Shown here: one piece after another, positions 18,023-28,254 of the stretch | Numbering within the stretch: position 1 is the stretch's first letter | How the letters are laid out: every line of letters starts with the position of its first letter | IMG/VR virus record: IMGVR_UViG_3300007214_000006 | Strand: one strand, 5' to 3' | DNA length: 64,000 nt | Origin: a virus | Lineage: Duplodnaviria; Caudoviricetes | Notes under the pieces: generated by a model | Told to the model about the DNA's origin: nothing | Seen by the model: only the letters and a program-made list of their open reading frames with translations | Database searches by the model: none | Translations under genes and position numbers: made by a program

Positions 18023-18675
18023 AAGTTTCTTTCTAATATAGAATTTATGGTATTAATTAGGTCATTTTCTACAGACTCAATGGCTCTTGTTGTCCAATTA
18101 TTATTTGCCGTTCCAATAAATTCTGGTGGAACTCTCCAGTTTTTTGAACTGCTTATCATAATAGCATCACCAGATCTAGAATTAGGATTTGGCCCAAACT
18201 TTACTTGATAATTACGAATAATAATATCTGTACCTTTTAATAATAACCATTCTAACCATGGTAATCTATATCCCCTATCCTCATCAACAACATTAGCGCT
18301 ATCGTCAGACAATATACCTCCAAAAGTATCAGATGGTATCATTTTAATACTAATACCACCAATTAATCCAGTATTAATAATTTTTATGGGTAAAACTTCG
18401 ACTATTAAAGTATTAACTAAATTATCTATCACAATATTTACATTATTGATATTAGCTATACCAAATTCTTTTCTTAGCTGTCCAGAAGTTAGGGATTGAT
18501 ATTCTGGTTGAGATTGCAATGCTTTGGATATTATAATTTTAATAGCTTGTGTCAGAGGATTGATGCTTCTTTGTAATCCTGAAGATATTTTATTGGATAA
18601 ATTATTTAAAATTAAATTTCTGATTTCAGTATCTGATTCTAATAAGGAAATATTTAACCTCATTGTCTTCTCCAT
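18019..18675 (-). CDS. Neck/tail completion protein (HK97 gp10-like position)
   Basis: Synteny between the head-closure-like and terminator-like genes; overlapping start/stop codons. Confidence 0.45.
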   Translation of the reverse strand: MEKTMRLNISLLESDTEIRNLILNNLSNKISSGLQRSINPLTQAIKIIISKALQSQPEYQSLTSGQLRKEFGIANINNVNIVIDNLVNTLIVEVLPIKIINTGLIGGISIKMIPSDTFGGILSDDSANVVDEDRGYRLPWLEWLLLKGTDIIIRNYQVKFGPNPNSRSGDAIMISSSKNWRVPPEFIGTANNNWTTRAIESVENDLINTINSILERNL

Positions 18676-19160
18676 GTGGTTATTATATAATCTAAATCAC
18701 CTAAACCAGCAGGATTGACATCTTCTATTCTCTCGTAAAAAATATTTGGAACACTATCGACCATCAGAGCATTAGCATTTCTTATATCTAAAGTATGATT
18801 TTTATGACATATAGTTTGTATCGTACCATCTGGCACATTTATTGTTTTTGTGTTCATGTTTAAGAAATATTTGCTATCAAAAATTACAGCTAAATATATC
18901 TTTTTAGTAATATTATTATTTTGTTTACTTCCTATTCCCATACAAACAGGACATATTGTGTGATCTGGAAACGGTTCTGGTCCAGTATTATTATACAAGT
19001 TAGATGAAGCTTTTGTTATAGGATCATAAAAACAATTATTGCAATAATCTGCAGATCCATTATTGAATCTAAGAGTACATGAGTTTGTTAAACCGTTAGA
19101 GCTTAAAATATCATTAATCATTATTTTATATGTATTTTTTAATATATTATTAATAATCAT
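18660..19160 (-). CDS. Putative head-closure protein with CxxC motifs
   Basis: Synteny; CNNC and CPVC motifs. Confidence 0.45.
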   Translation of the reverse strand: MIINNILKNTYKIMINDILSSNGLTNSCTLRFNNGSADYCNNCFYDPITKASSNLYNNTGPEPFPDHTICPVCMGIGSKQNNNITKKIYLAVIFDSKYFLNMNTKTINVPDGTIQTICHKNHTLDIRNANALMVDSVPNIFYERIEDVNPAGLGDLDYIITTWRRQ

Positions 19161-19360
19161 GATGAATAAATAACTCCAATTATTTTAGGATCTTCTATAA
19201 TAGAAACTATTATATTTTGATATTCAATTCGTGATGAGGCGGATATTTTTTGTTGCCTTAATACTATTAACTGGTTTTGTTCTGTTTTAGCAATATCGCT
19301 ACTCACAGACGCATTCAGATATTCAGTATCCAAAGATGTGGTTGTGATTTGAACTCTCAT
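19157..19360 (-). CDS. Hypothetical protein (67 aa)
   Basis: ORF track; tightly packed in the operon. Confidence 0.55.
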   Translation of the reverse strand: MRVQITTTSLDTEYLNASVSSDIAKTEQNQLIVLRQQKISASSRIEYQNIIVSIIEDPKIIGVIYSS

Positions 19361-19362
19361 AT

Positions 19363-20436
19363 TTATGCTTCATATGGAGGGGGTTCATATGTAATAACCA
19401 TATGCCATCCAGATATGCTTCCCGATGAACCTATATCTTCGTCTCTGATAATCAAAGACCAGTTTCCAGAACAGCTGTATCCAACCAATCCGGTTATAGA
19501 AGTATCAAAATTCTCATAATTAATATTATCTAAAGTAAATTTATAATTTTGTTTTTTGTCTAAAATATTTAAATAATAATCATTAGAATTTCTGTTATTT
19601 AGGTATATGCTGGGTAGTGCTTTGTCAGAAAAGGCAAAGCTCAATCCACTACTTGGGTTATAATTTTTGATTTTATTGTGGCTAGATAATAATATTTTGT
19701 TTCCAGATGGCGGCACCAATATCATGGACAGATCTTGGGGATGAGAATGAGTTAATTTATCTATAGCTATTTCAATATTTGTAATTATTCCTGTATCCGG
19801 AATACTGATAGTACCACTAATGGAGCCCATATCTGGTATATTCATATATGGCCCAGAATACATTTTGCCAAACATGTCCATGCCTTGACATAGGTATCCA
19901 CAAAAATCTTCTTGTATAATATCACAAGGAGATATTGTTGTTGGCGTAGGAGTAGGCGTAGGATTCTCTCCAGTTGGTACGGGGGTACCTCCATCTCCAT
20001 CTTCAGATATATTGGTTCCATTGCTATCGTCACAAATAAGAGCATCGCACGGGGCGCAAATTCTTGAAGGATTGCCTCCAATACAATCTACAAAATTATT
20101 TGGAATAATCTCTATGCGTCCTGTGGAAATCCTTCTGCTATCTATGCTATCTGAATTAACATCTAAATCGTATACTGCGGATGTAAAAGTAAAATCTTTT
20201 GTTACAGAGGCTGGGAGGGACCATGTTATGAACCCGTCCGAACTTTTAGATAGAGTGTAATTATTACACGCTACTTCGCTACCATAAATTCTGACAACAT
20301 TAGTATTATCTTTCATTCTTAATCTAATACAATAATTAGTAAGATCTATGGGATTACTATTCACATCCAGATACTGAAATGTTATTTCAAAAAATGAACC
20401 TTGTTCTATAAAAAAATTATAAATTGCTGCTGCCAT
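19363..20436 (-). CDS. BppU-N-like virion protein fused through a PT linker to a proprotein-convertase P-domain-like fold
   Basis: N-terminus IEQGSFFEITFQYLDVNSNPIDLTNY, paralogous to 30939..31361. C-terminus ITNIEIAIDKLTHSHPQDLSMILVPPSG...GNWSLIIRDEDIGSSGSISGW matches the P-domain pattern. Confidence 0.65.
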   Translation of the reverse strand: MAAAIYNFFIEQGSFFEITFQYLDVNSNPIDLTNYCIRLRMKDNTNVVRIYGSEVACNNYTLSKSSDGFITWSLPASVTKDFTFTSAVYDLDVNSDSIDSRRISTGRIEIIPNNFVDCIGGNPSRICAPCDALICDDSNGTNISEDGDGGTPVPTGENPTPTPTPTTISPCDIIQEDFCGYLCQGMDMFGKMYSGPYMNIPDMGSISGTISIPDTGIITNIEIAIDKLTHSHPQDLSMILVPPSGNKILLSSHNKIKNYNPSSGLSFAFSDKALPSIYLNNRNSNDYYLNILDKKQNYKFTLDNINYENFDTSITGLVGYSCSGNWSLIIRDEDIGSSGSISGWHMVITYEPPPYEA

Positions 20437-20444
20437 AATATTCC

Positions 20445-20957
20445 CTAGAAAAATTCTCTCATAGTATTATAATTACTTCTTAACATATCTGGTGTAAAAT
20501 TATTCCCAACAAATGGACTAAGAACAGCTTTTGCCATAGTAGCCTGAGCTAAATCCCAATGAGCTGTTAATTCATCGTATGAAGCACATGGGCCATTGTT
20601 CAATAGTATTCTTAGTCCTTCCATACCTCCACCAACACTTAAACTAGCTGGACCTAATGCCGCCCTAACCCCATCCATAGCGGCTTTAGTTCTAATAGTA
20701 CTTTGATCAATAAAACATGCTGCTTTAAGGGAAACTAGACCAATAAAAATTTCATCTTTTGAGTCGGTAGGATCCGGACTAATAGACGGATTTGTTACAT
20801 CAATCGAATATGTTTGATCCAATGATACATCAAACTGGACATACTTAGCTGCTACAACAATTGTTTGCAATAGTCTTTCATCGCTATATTGTTGTTCTTC
20901 TCCAAAATCGTTTATTAATGTTCTAACGATAATTGGTAATTCTATGTTCCAAGCCAT
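20445..20957 (-). CDS. Head-tail connector/adaptor-like protein
   Basis: IVRTLINDFG...YSDERLLQTI resembles the gp6/gp15-like adaptor start (R.LIxD...FSDE); synteny; GGTGTA motif at 21004-21009. Confidence 0.55.
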   Translation of the reverse strand: MAWNIELPIIVRTLINDFGEEQQYSDERLLQTIVVAAKYVQFDVSLDQTYSIDVTNPSISPDPTDSKDEIFIGLVSLKAACFIDQSTIRTKAAMDGVRAALGPASLSVGGGMEGLRILLNNGPCASYDELTAHWDLAQATMAKAVLSPFVGNNFTPDMLRSNYNTMREFF

Positions 20958-21020
20958 GAGCAGCTCCTAAATTGGCTAAATAATAGTTCTATATAATAAT
21001 AAATACACCCAATAGTATTC

Positions 21021-21206
21021 TCAAAAGTTTTGTTCTAAAATAATCGAATCAATATTTTCTAAATAACTAGATACTACCATATTCACTTCTTCCTGAGTAG
21101 GATAGTGGTCAAATTTAAAAAATTGGGTTGAGTTTTCATCTATCTTGACTCGTACTCTGTATTTGTTTGCAGGATCAAGAAAAACTTCAGTAATGGTATA
21201 ATTCAT
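21021..21206 (-). CDS. Hypothetical protein (61 aa)
   Basis: ORF track; AGGAG RBS upstream. Confidence 0.6.
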   Translation of the reverse strand: MNYTITEVFLDPANKYRVRVKIDENSTQFFKFDHYPTQEEVNMVVSSYLENIDSIILEQNF

Positions 21207-21215
21207 AAAAACTCC

Positions 21216-23783
21216 TTACGCTTGTATTATAGTAATATCGTCTATATATCCAGTGTGCGTTGATCCTCCCCAACACTCTGCTAGTATTTCTACCACTCCA
21301 GTTTCTGTGGGAGTAAAATTTAAAGATACTTGTTCCCAAGTATCAGCAACGGCAGTCATACTACTTGTTATATCATTTGTTACTCCGGCTATTTGTCCAC
21401 CTTTTATTTTTAATCTAAAGGATAGAGCAGTATTGGTCCTTCTCATCCAGGCTTTAATAGTTACCAAGCTGTTTGCAGAAACTGCTGTGGTTGCTATTTT
21501 AAAATCTAGCGGATAACTAGATGTTCTCCAGGTAGCGTTAGTCGGAGCCATGGCCCATGCATATCCAGTATTACTATATCTAATAGAGGTTTGAGGTCTG
21601 ATTGTTCCGTAATCAGTAGTAACTAAATGATTATTTGCTGTATTATCATGATTGGTACTATATATGCGACTATTTCCTCCTCCGTAATGATCTGATTCTG
21701 TCGATTCGTTTATGATACAATTTTTGAGATAGTAGTCTCCGCCGAAAAGAAAGAATCCTGCACCTGTTCCGTTGTTATTGTTTGAAGTGGTGCAGTTAAC
21801 GAAGGTTTCACCTTTTGCTCCGTAGTATCTAACACCATTTGTTATATTATATCTAAAAGTGCAGTTTTGGAATATATTGTCTGTACCACCGCTCTCTGCA
21901 AAAACTCCATAACTACTTGTGTTTGCTGTAATATTATTAATTCTATTATTACTAAAGCCTTGAACAATATAGAAGGCCGCACTGGTGCAACTTTTAGATA
22001 TGACCTTTTGATAAATGTTACTATTATTTCCAAAAATATGACTTATGTTCGGTCCATTGTTTGAACACGATCTTATTTCAGTATATGTGTTAAAACTTGT
22101 AGCGCTATTAAAATCCATACCATAATCAGTATTTCCTATAGCATCCAAAAATCCGTGGGTAGAAGATTGATTAGTAATTAATCTTAATCCTCTCCCATAT
22201 CTTACGAATCCAAATTTATTTGTATTAACATAGTTTTTTGTATTTATCACAAGTGGGTATCCGAACCCATTTAATCCATCAAAATAAGTTATGAGATTTT
22301 GAGTACTCATATTGGTCCTATCCCATCCTCCCTCATAGTTAAAAGGAGCAGACACTGTTCCAGCCTCTTGAACTTCTTGTATAACAGAGCCAATAGCGGA
22401 ACCCATAACAGTTTTTATGGTTTCTCTTTTATATGTGGTTACAGTTTCTGTTGTTCCGTCGTATCCCAACCTTGGCGTAGTGCTCGAATAAATATTCCAA
22501 TTTGCTCCGTTGCCAAGAAAAATTCTAGTTCCTTTTATGCTCATAATAGGATACCAAAGTTCATCTGTCGTATTTTTGCTTATCAAAGATTGCAAACTAA
22601 GACTATCAGCGGATGAAGGAGCTTTGCAAGCAATAATATTGCTGATTAAAAAGGTTTGAGCGCCTCTGTCCGTATCAACGTACAAAGCAACGCTTGCTAT
22701 ACTGGTGCTCATTGCTGAACCAAGATCTATAGTGAATGGAACCCACTGATTTAGGGCCACTATGGCAGGAACAGCAAAAGTATGAACACTGGTCGCTCCA
22801 GCAGCATCGGAGCATAGTCTTATACTTATATCACCATTTACTGTTATTGTGCCAGCGGTTTGTTTGATAAAAAAACTGAGCTGTTGATAACCACTCAGAT
22901 TTAATGTTCCCGTGGCTTTATACGCAGCAAGTCCGGTAGTAAAAGAAGCCCCAACTGCTATGCTATCACAAACATCTCCCTCTTTTGTGTCAGTATCCAG
23001 CAGTGTGGCTGTAACATTTGTGCTAGCTGTCCATGCTGTTCTTCCTTCTCCTCTGTTACCATGACTCGCTATACTTTGAGTAACAGCAGATGCCAGAGTT
23101 ACTATTCTGTTGGTAATTTTTCTTAGTAACCCGCCAGAAGTCCATGCTCCTGTTCCTGTGGATCCGACAAGCTGACAAGTACTACCGCTTACTCCTGATA
23201 CTGTCCAGACACCATTTGTTCCAATATTACCAGCCGTTCCAGTAATAAGAACAGTATCTCCGTTGCTTATACCAAGTGTTGCCATTGTGCTAGCACAAGT
23301 TACAACTATAGGAGAAGCATTGGTTGCTGCAACAACGTTGGATGTCTGGTAATGAGAAGCGTCAGTCCAAGTGGCATTGCCTATGCTTGTGGGATCAGGA
23401 CTACCCATAACTCTTATTGTGTCACCGGGAACAAGTCTGTTTGAAGTGGCTCCTGTTGTGCTTATTGTTTTCCACCTTCCTCCTATGTAATATTGACGAG
23501 ATGAAGTATTGCTTAAGCCCGCTCCTCCGCTAATAGCGGCTATAGTCAAACTCGTGCTACTGACCCATGCTGTGATTACATAAGTTATATAAATATTAGG
23601 TATGCCGGAAGTATTTATGCTGATATATTGTCCTATCAAACTTCCGTCGTTAGGAAAATTAGCGCTGGCCGAACTAAAAGTTGAACCAGATATAGTGCCA
23701 TCTGTACCGCTAACAAGAACAGCAAAACTTGTTCCACCATAATTATCATTTCCATTTTCGTAGTCTACAAATAAAGTGGCCAT
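21216..23783 (-). CDS. Tail spike-like protein with a right-handed beta-helix region and a C-terminal carbohydrate-binding-like domain
   Basis: N/G/S/T-rich beta-helix-type repeats (NIFQNCTFRYNITNGVRY, ETFVNCTTSNNNNG); C-terminal TWEQVSLNFTPTETGVVEI...YIDDI. Confidence 0.6.
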   Translation of the reverse strand: MATLFVDYENGNDNYGGTSFAVLVSGTDGTISGSTFSSASANFPNDGSLIGQYISINTSGIPNIYITYVITAWVSSTSLTIAAISGGAGLSNTSSRQYYIGGRWKTISTTGATSNRLVPGDTIRVMGSPDPTSIGNATWTDASHYQTSNVVAATNASPIVVTCASTMATLGISNGDTVLITGTAGNIGTNGVWTVSGVSGSTCQLVGSTGTGAWTSGGLLRKITNRIVTLASAVTQSIASHGNRGEGRTAWTASTNVTATLLDTDTKEGDVCDSIAVGASFTTGLAAYKATGTLNLSGYQQLSFFIKQTAGTITVNGDISIRLCSDAAGATSVHTFAVPAIVALNQWVPFTIDLGSAMSTSIASVALYVDTDRGAQTFLISNIIACKAPSSADSLSLQSLISKNTTDELWYPIMSIKGTRIFLGNGANWNIYSSTTPRLGYDGTTETVTTYKRETIKTVMGSAIGSVIQEVQEAGTVSAPFNYEGGWDRTNMSTQNLITYFDGLNGFGYPLVINTKNYVNTNKFGFVRYGRGLRLITNQSSTHGFLDAIGNTDYGMDFNSATSFNTYTEIRSCSNNGPNISHIFGNNSNIYQKVISKSCTSAAFYIVQGFSNNRINNITANTSSYGVFAESGGTDNIFQNCTFRYNITNGVRYYGAKGETFVNCTTSNNNNGTGAGFFLFGGDYYLKNCIINESTESDHYGGGNSRIYSTNHDNTANNHLVTTDYGTIRPQTSIRYSNTGYAWAMAPTNATWRTSSYPLDFKIATTAVSANSLVTIKAWMRRTNTALSFRLKIKGGQIAGVTNDITSSMTAVADTWEQVSLNFTPTETGVVEILAECWGGSTHTGYIDDITIIQA

Positions 23784-24793
23784 TATTGATTCCTAGTAAG
23801 AGATGTTTGAAAAGTTTGCATAATTCCATAAAATGTATTTGCTTCACTTTGTGTCATCTCAGCCCCTATAGAATATCCTTGAATTCTTGTGGGACATAAT
23901 GATGATGCGACTCCTACATTATTTAGAGCGAATACATATAAGCTCCAACTAGATATTGGAAAAGAAACACTAGTAGTGTTAGTAGAATCTGTTCTAGAGG
24001 TTGAGCCATTAGTATACAAAACCATATTTGTAGAAGAGGTTCTTGTTACTAGATAGTGACCTCCACTATTAGTAGCAAATGACGCAACATTGGCAGGTGA
24101 CCAAAATCCACGAATAAGATTTATGCTATGGTTTATATCTATGCCTATTCCATTTGTCCCGTCAGCACCTCTAATTAAAACATTGGCTGCTGATGTTGAC
24201 ATCGCCCCTTTATGATAGCAACTAACGTGTCCAATAGTTCCTATCTGATTGATTGTAACGCCGGTATCTAAATATTTTGTGCTACCATCTCCCAATAATC
24301 CTCCAGATACTCCAGTTTCTGTATAGTCTCCACTAACAAAATTAAAATTCCTATCTCCATTAGCAAATCCATAAGGAGAGCTATTCCATCTTCTACCAAA
24401 GTAAATAGGAAGCAAGCACGAAGTTAAATTGCTGCCACAGAATAAATTAAGTCGATAAAATTTATCTCTTAATCCAGCACTGTCAATACTATTACAAAAA
24501 GTATTCATAGCATTTAATGTGCCAGAACTTGCGGATCCTCCATTAAGTATCCAAAATTCAAGATCAGGATTGTAGTTAGTTGGAAGAGAAGAATATGTTG
24601 AAGTTAATCGGTTATTAAAAGCAGTCACAAATGGTTGTGCTTTATGAATATAGTCTAAACTCCATGTATTCTCATTTTTAGCAACAACTTCGACATATGG
24701 TTGAGCTTTGTATACCACATCCATACTTAAGAGTTGACGTTTTTTAAGAAGTTTGGTCGATCTCTGATTAAAATTTTGTTTTGCACTAAACAT
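23783..24793 (-). CDS. Virion-associated protein with a lectin/ConA-like C-terminal domain
   Basis: GLLGDGSTKYLDTG...MVLYTNG...LYVFALN...YSIGAEMT pattern; internal KAQP(Y/F)V duplication near the N-terminus. Confidence 0.5.
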   Translation of the reverse strand: MFSAKQNFNQRSTKLLKKRQLLSMDVVYKAQPYVEVVAKNENTWSLDYIHKAQPFVTAFNNRLTSTYSSLPTNYNPDLEFWILNGGSASSGTLNAMNTFCNSIDSAGLRDKFYRLNLFCGSNLTSCLLPIYFGRRWNSSPYGFANGDRNFNFVSGDYTETGVSGGLLGDGSTKYLDTGVTINQIGTIGHVSCYHKGAMSTSAANVLIRGADGTNGIGIDINHSINLIRGFWSPANVASFATNSGGHYLVTRTSSTNMVLYTNGSTSRTDSTNTTSVSFPISSWSLYVFALNNVGVASSLCPTRIQGYSIGAEMTQSEANTFYGIMQTFQTSLTRNQ

Positions 24794-24795
24794 GA

Positions 24796-27700
24796 TTAAC
24801 CATAATTTTGAGAAAAACTACCATACCAATAAGAGCCATCACTAATAAAACTATATATATCTACTTTGCTAGCTAATATGGTGGCCGTTGGCGTGGCGCT
24901 ATCTGCCCACCTTACTCCACTAAAACTTGCAGTATAATTACCACTTCCGGTATTAAGAAACATTGTGAAACTCTTGCCGGCCGTTGTTGCTGGCATGGTA
25001 AAAGTGCAATTGCCCGTTAGTGTACAAGTATGCACAGTGCCACTAACTAAGCTTAATGTTTTGCTAGTGCCACTATTACCATTAGACACAACGCTTTCTG
25101 TGAAACTATCAAAAGTAAGATTTCCATCAATATTAACATCTCCAACCACATCAAGCTTGACTGATGGAGTGCTTGTTCCTATTCCAACACTGCCAACATA
25201 ATTAATACACATTCGTTCACTGATGTTATTAGCTAGACCCGTAAAAAAACGTAATTTGCCAGCATCATAACTGCTAGAATCTGTTCCGGCCGCTATAGCG
25301 GCTAATTCTCCAACATCATCATATTTATTATGAAATTTTAATACCACCCCACTCTCATTTGCATCATATATTTCTTTATAAAAATCAAAATCATGATCTG
25401 CTTTAATTTTTAAAGCTAAACTATTAGCGGTGAAAAATTCTATTGGAACAGAACTAATGTTACCTATTTGTAATTTAGCAACGTTAGAACCTTGTGTTAC
25501 AATCATGGCGCATCCGGCATCACTTGTATTACCACCATAATAACCATGCTGATACCCTGTGCCGTGAACGAAAAACTGCATCACATTATTTTCCCAGGCA
25601 TTAGAACTATTATTGCTTAGTGTGAACGAGCCCCTAGATGCTGCGTTAGTAACATTAAAATGAGCTAAATTAATATAGTCTGAGGATGTTGCATCGTTGA
25701 TCTGAAAAGGTTGGGACTGTGCAGCGCCTAATATTGTTCCTCCGGCACCGCCAGCAGAAATTGCTAGTTTAGCATTTGGGGCATTAGTGCCTATGCCGAT
25801 ACGGTCCGCACTAGCATCAAGAAAGAATAAATTACTATCGGTATCTCCTTCTATTCTAAAATCATTATTTGCTCCATCCTCATTGAACACGGCTGATCCT
25901 CTGATATCCAGAGTTGTTCCCGGAGAACTTGTTCCTATTCCCAGTCTATTATTTGTCGCATCCCAATATAATTGGCCGCTATCAGCAACTATTCCGCTAG
26001 CACTGTTCCAATATGCTATATGATTCGCAACACCGGTTCCGATAACAGGATTAACAATACTACTATTAATTGTAATAGTACCACTACCATTAGTTATGCT
26101 AATACCAGTACCAGCAGTGAGTGTATTAGCAGCTAAACTGGTGCCACTACCAATTAATAATTGGCCGTTACTATAAGTAGACCTATTTGTTCCTCCCTTG
26201 GCTACAGATAATACTCCAGTAATTTGAGAAGTATTAATATCGGAGAGTCTCGCTAAAGTGCCGCTGTCGGCTGGTAACTTAACAATAATATCATAACCAG
26301 GAGCATCTGACATTAATGTTGTAGAATATCCGACACCATTACTATCATTAACATCAAACTTTAGAATATCTCCATTGAACCCTGGGTCTATATTTCCTCT
26401 ATCTATTTGAAAACCAAATCCACCAGCCCCTATACTAAATCTAGCTGGTCCGCCAACATTTATACCATTAAAATTACCAGTATTACATACTAAATCATTT
26501 ATTCTCAAATTTCCATAAGTGCCAGGAGTATATATACCGCTGCTATTACTAGCTACTCCGCTACTCAACATTACGAATTGAGAAGCGCTAGTGTCCCAGC
26601 CCATAAATGCAGTTAAGGCCGTGCCTCTTATTAGTGCTAATCCTCTATCCAAAGTGTCTGTGGTTACTATATTACCACTAGCTAATCCTAGTGTGATAAT
26701 AGGATCCTCAATCTCCATGCGATCCACATTGGCAGTCACTACTGATCCATTAACTGTTAGGTTGCCACCAACAACCAAGTCACCAGAAAAATTACCACTA
26801 TTACTAGTTAACAATCCGCTAACACTTAATCCACTACTAAAAATACCATTACCTACAACGTGTAATTGGGAAGCTGGAAATTGTGTATTTATTCCTAATC
26901 TATTATTTGAACCAGTAGGAGTTATATATATAAAATCATTAATACTATTGATTTGAATATTAAAAACTTCTTGTCTTGTATAAGAAAATCCACCAGCACC
27001 ACCCTGGGTCCAACTGTTGAATTTAACTTTCCAATATCTATCTGATGGAATATGATTCATTATTAATTCTGAATCAACTATAAGATTACCAATATTACCT
27101 TCTCCCCATAAAGTATATAAATTATGATATGTTCTTGATTGAACATTGGTTAAATTATCCCATCCATCATTATTCCACACTGTGCCAGAAGGAGAAAAAA
27201 TGTAGCTCCAGCTATTTTCTTTAGCCAAATTATATATTGCTCCACCGGATCCTCTTGTAATAATTAATTCATTTGGTATTATTACATCATAATTATTAGA
27301 ATATGTATTATCTGGATGAGTATAACTAATTATAGGAGCAGAAAGATCGTCTTGTTTGCTATTTAGTTGAGTTTGCACATTGACAGCGTTAATACTTAAT
27401 GAAGTAAAATTTCCACTACTAGTTGGTACCCATAATCCACTAGCAGTATTGTATTGCAGGAACTGACCGTTAGTGACACCAGTAACAGCCACATCGTGTA
27501 ATTCTTCCAACTCGTATCCATTTTGAATTCTTACCTCAATAACGCCATCGGTTTGGTGTGTTCTTGTAATTGTGCCAATAGTCACAATATGACTAGGAGC
27601 ATATGGTTTTATACTCGTTAATCCTCCAGAAACTGTGGGACTCAAATACAAAACAGTACCATTAACATTGCCTTGAGGAGCAGATGGATTAAACTGATCT

Positions 27701-28203
27701 GTATTTAGACCACTTAATGCTCCAAAGACTATAACTTTACCTTCTTGGTTTATTCCAATGGTCTCATAAGTTAGTCCATAAGTTCCGGCACTACTAGCAT
27801 CTGTTGTTGCTATTGCTTTTTGTATTGTTGGTCTGTCTCCATGACCGCCATTGATATAAACGGCGGTCATCTTATTTATGGATGCTCCTGTGTTATTAAA
27901 AACTGTGGTTATCAAAGATTGAGCATGCTCAACAGATCCCGTAACAGATATAGTGGCAGATGAGCCATTAGAACCTAGTCCTATGGTAATATTATTTCCA
28001 GCTAATAGTCCTGTTGGATGTATAGCCGTATAATACAAATTATTCCAGCCAGATCCGTTTATTCCTATTTTTAATTTTCCGGTATCTGTTTCGTATCCTG
28101 GTTCACCGGTTGCTAATACAGAATTAGAATTTGTCCATTCTGTGGAAGTACCTTTTCTAAATTGTATATTATTATATCTTGGCATCTGCTTCCCATGATT
28201 CAA
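24796..28203 (-). CDS. Long tail fibre with an Mtd_N/hyaluronidase-type N-terminus (likely start 28185, MPRYN)
   Basis: IQFRKGTSTEW...LATGEPGYETDTGKLKIG; repeated NRLGIGT/RIGIGT/SVGIGT fibre motifs; C-terminal TCTLTGNCTF...KVDIYSFISDG module. Confidence 0.8.
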   Translation of the reverse strand: MNHGKQMPRYNNIQFRKGTSTEWTNSNSVLATGEPGYETDTGKLKIGINGSGWNNLYYTAIHPTGLLAGNNITIGLGSNGSSATISVTGSVEHAQSLITTVFNNTGASINKMTAVYINGGHGDRPTIQKAIATTDASSAGTYGLTYETIGINQEGKVIVFGALSGLNTDQFNPSAPQGNVNGTVLYLSPTVSGGLTSIKPYAPSHIVTIGTITRTHQTDGVIEVRIQNGYELEELHDVAVTGVTNGQFLQYNTASGLWVPTSSGNFTSLSINAVNVQTQLNSKQDDLSAPIISYTHPDNTYSNNYDVIIPNELIITRGSGGAIYNLAKENSWSYIFSPSGTVWNNDGWDNLTNVQSRTYHNLYTLWGEGNIGNLIVDSELIMNHIPSDRYWKVKFNSWTQGGAGGFSYTRQEVFNIQINSINDFIYITPTGSNNRLGINTQFPASQLHVVGNGIFSSGLSVSGLLTSNSGNFSGDLVVGGNLTVNGSVVTANVDRMEIEDPIITLGLASGNIVTTDTLDRGLALIRGTALTAFMGWDTSASQFVMLSSGVASNSSGIYTPGTYGNLRINDLVCNTGNFNGINVGGPARFSIGAGGFGFQIDRGNIDPGFNGDILKFDVNDSNGVGYSTTLMSDAPGYDIIVKLPADSGTLARLSDINTSQITGVLSVAKGGTNRSTYSNGQLLIGSGTSLAANTLTAGTGISITNGSGTITINSSIVNPVIGTGVANHIAYWNSASGIVADSGQLYWDATNNRLGIGTSSPGTTLDIRGSAVFNEDGANNDFRIEGDTDSNLFFLDASADRIGIGTNAPNAKLAISAGGAGGTILGAAQSQPFQINDATSSDYINLAHFNVTNAASRGSFTLSNNSSNAWENNVMQFFVHGTGYQHGYYGGNTSDAGCAMIVTQGSNVAKLQIGNISSVPIEFFTANSLALKIKADHDFDFYKEIYDANESGVVLKFHNKYDDVGELAAIAAGTDSSSYDAGKLRFFTGLANNISERMCINYVGSVGIGTSTPSVKLDVVGDVNIDGNLTFDSFTESVVSNGNSGTSKTLSLVSGTVHTCTLTGNCTFTMPATTAGKSFTMFLNTGSGNYTASFSGVRWADSATPTATILASKVDIYSFISDGSYWYGSFSQNYG

Positions 28204-28254
28204 AATATCCCATATATCATACTATAATAATAAATTTAATAAACTTGTCTATAT

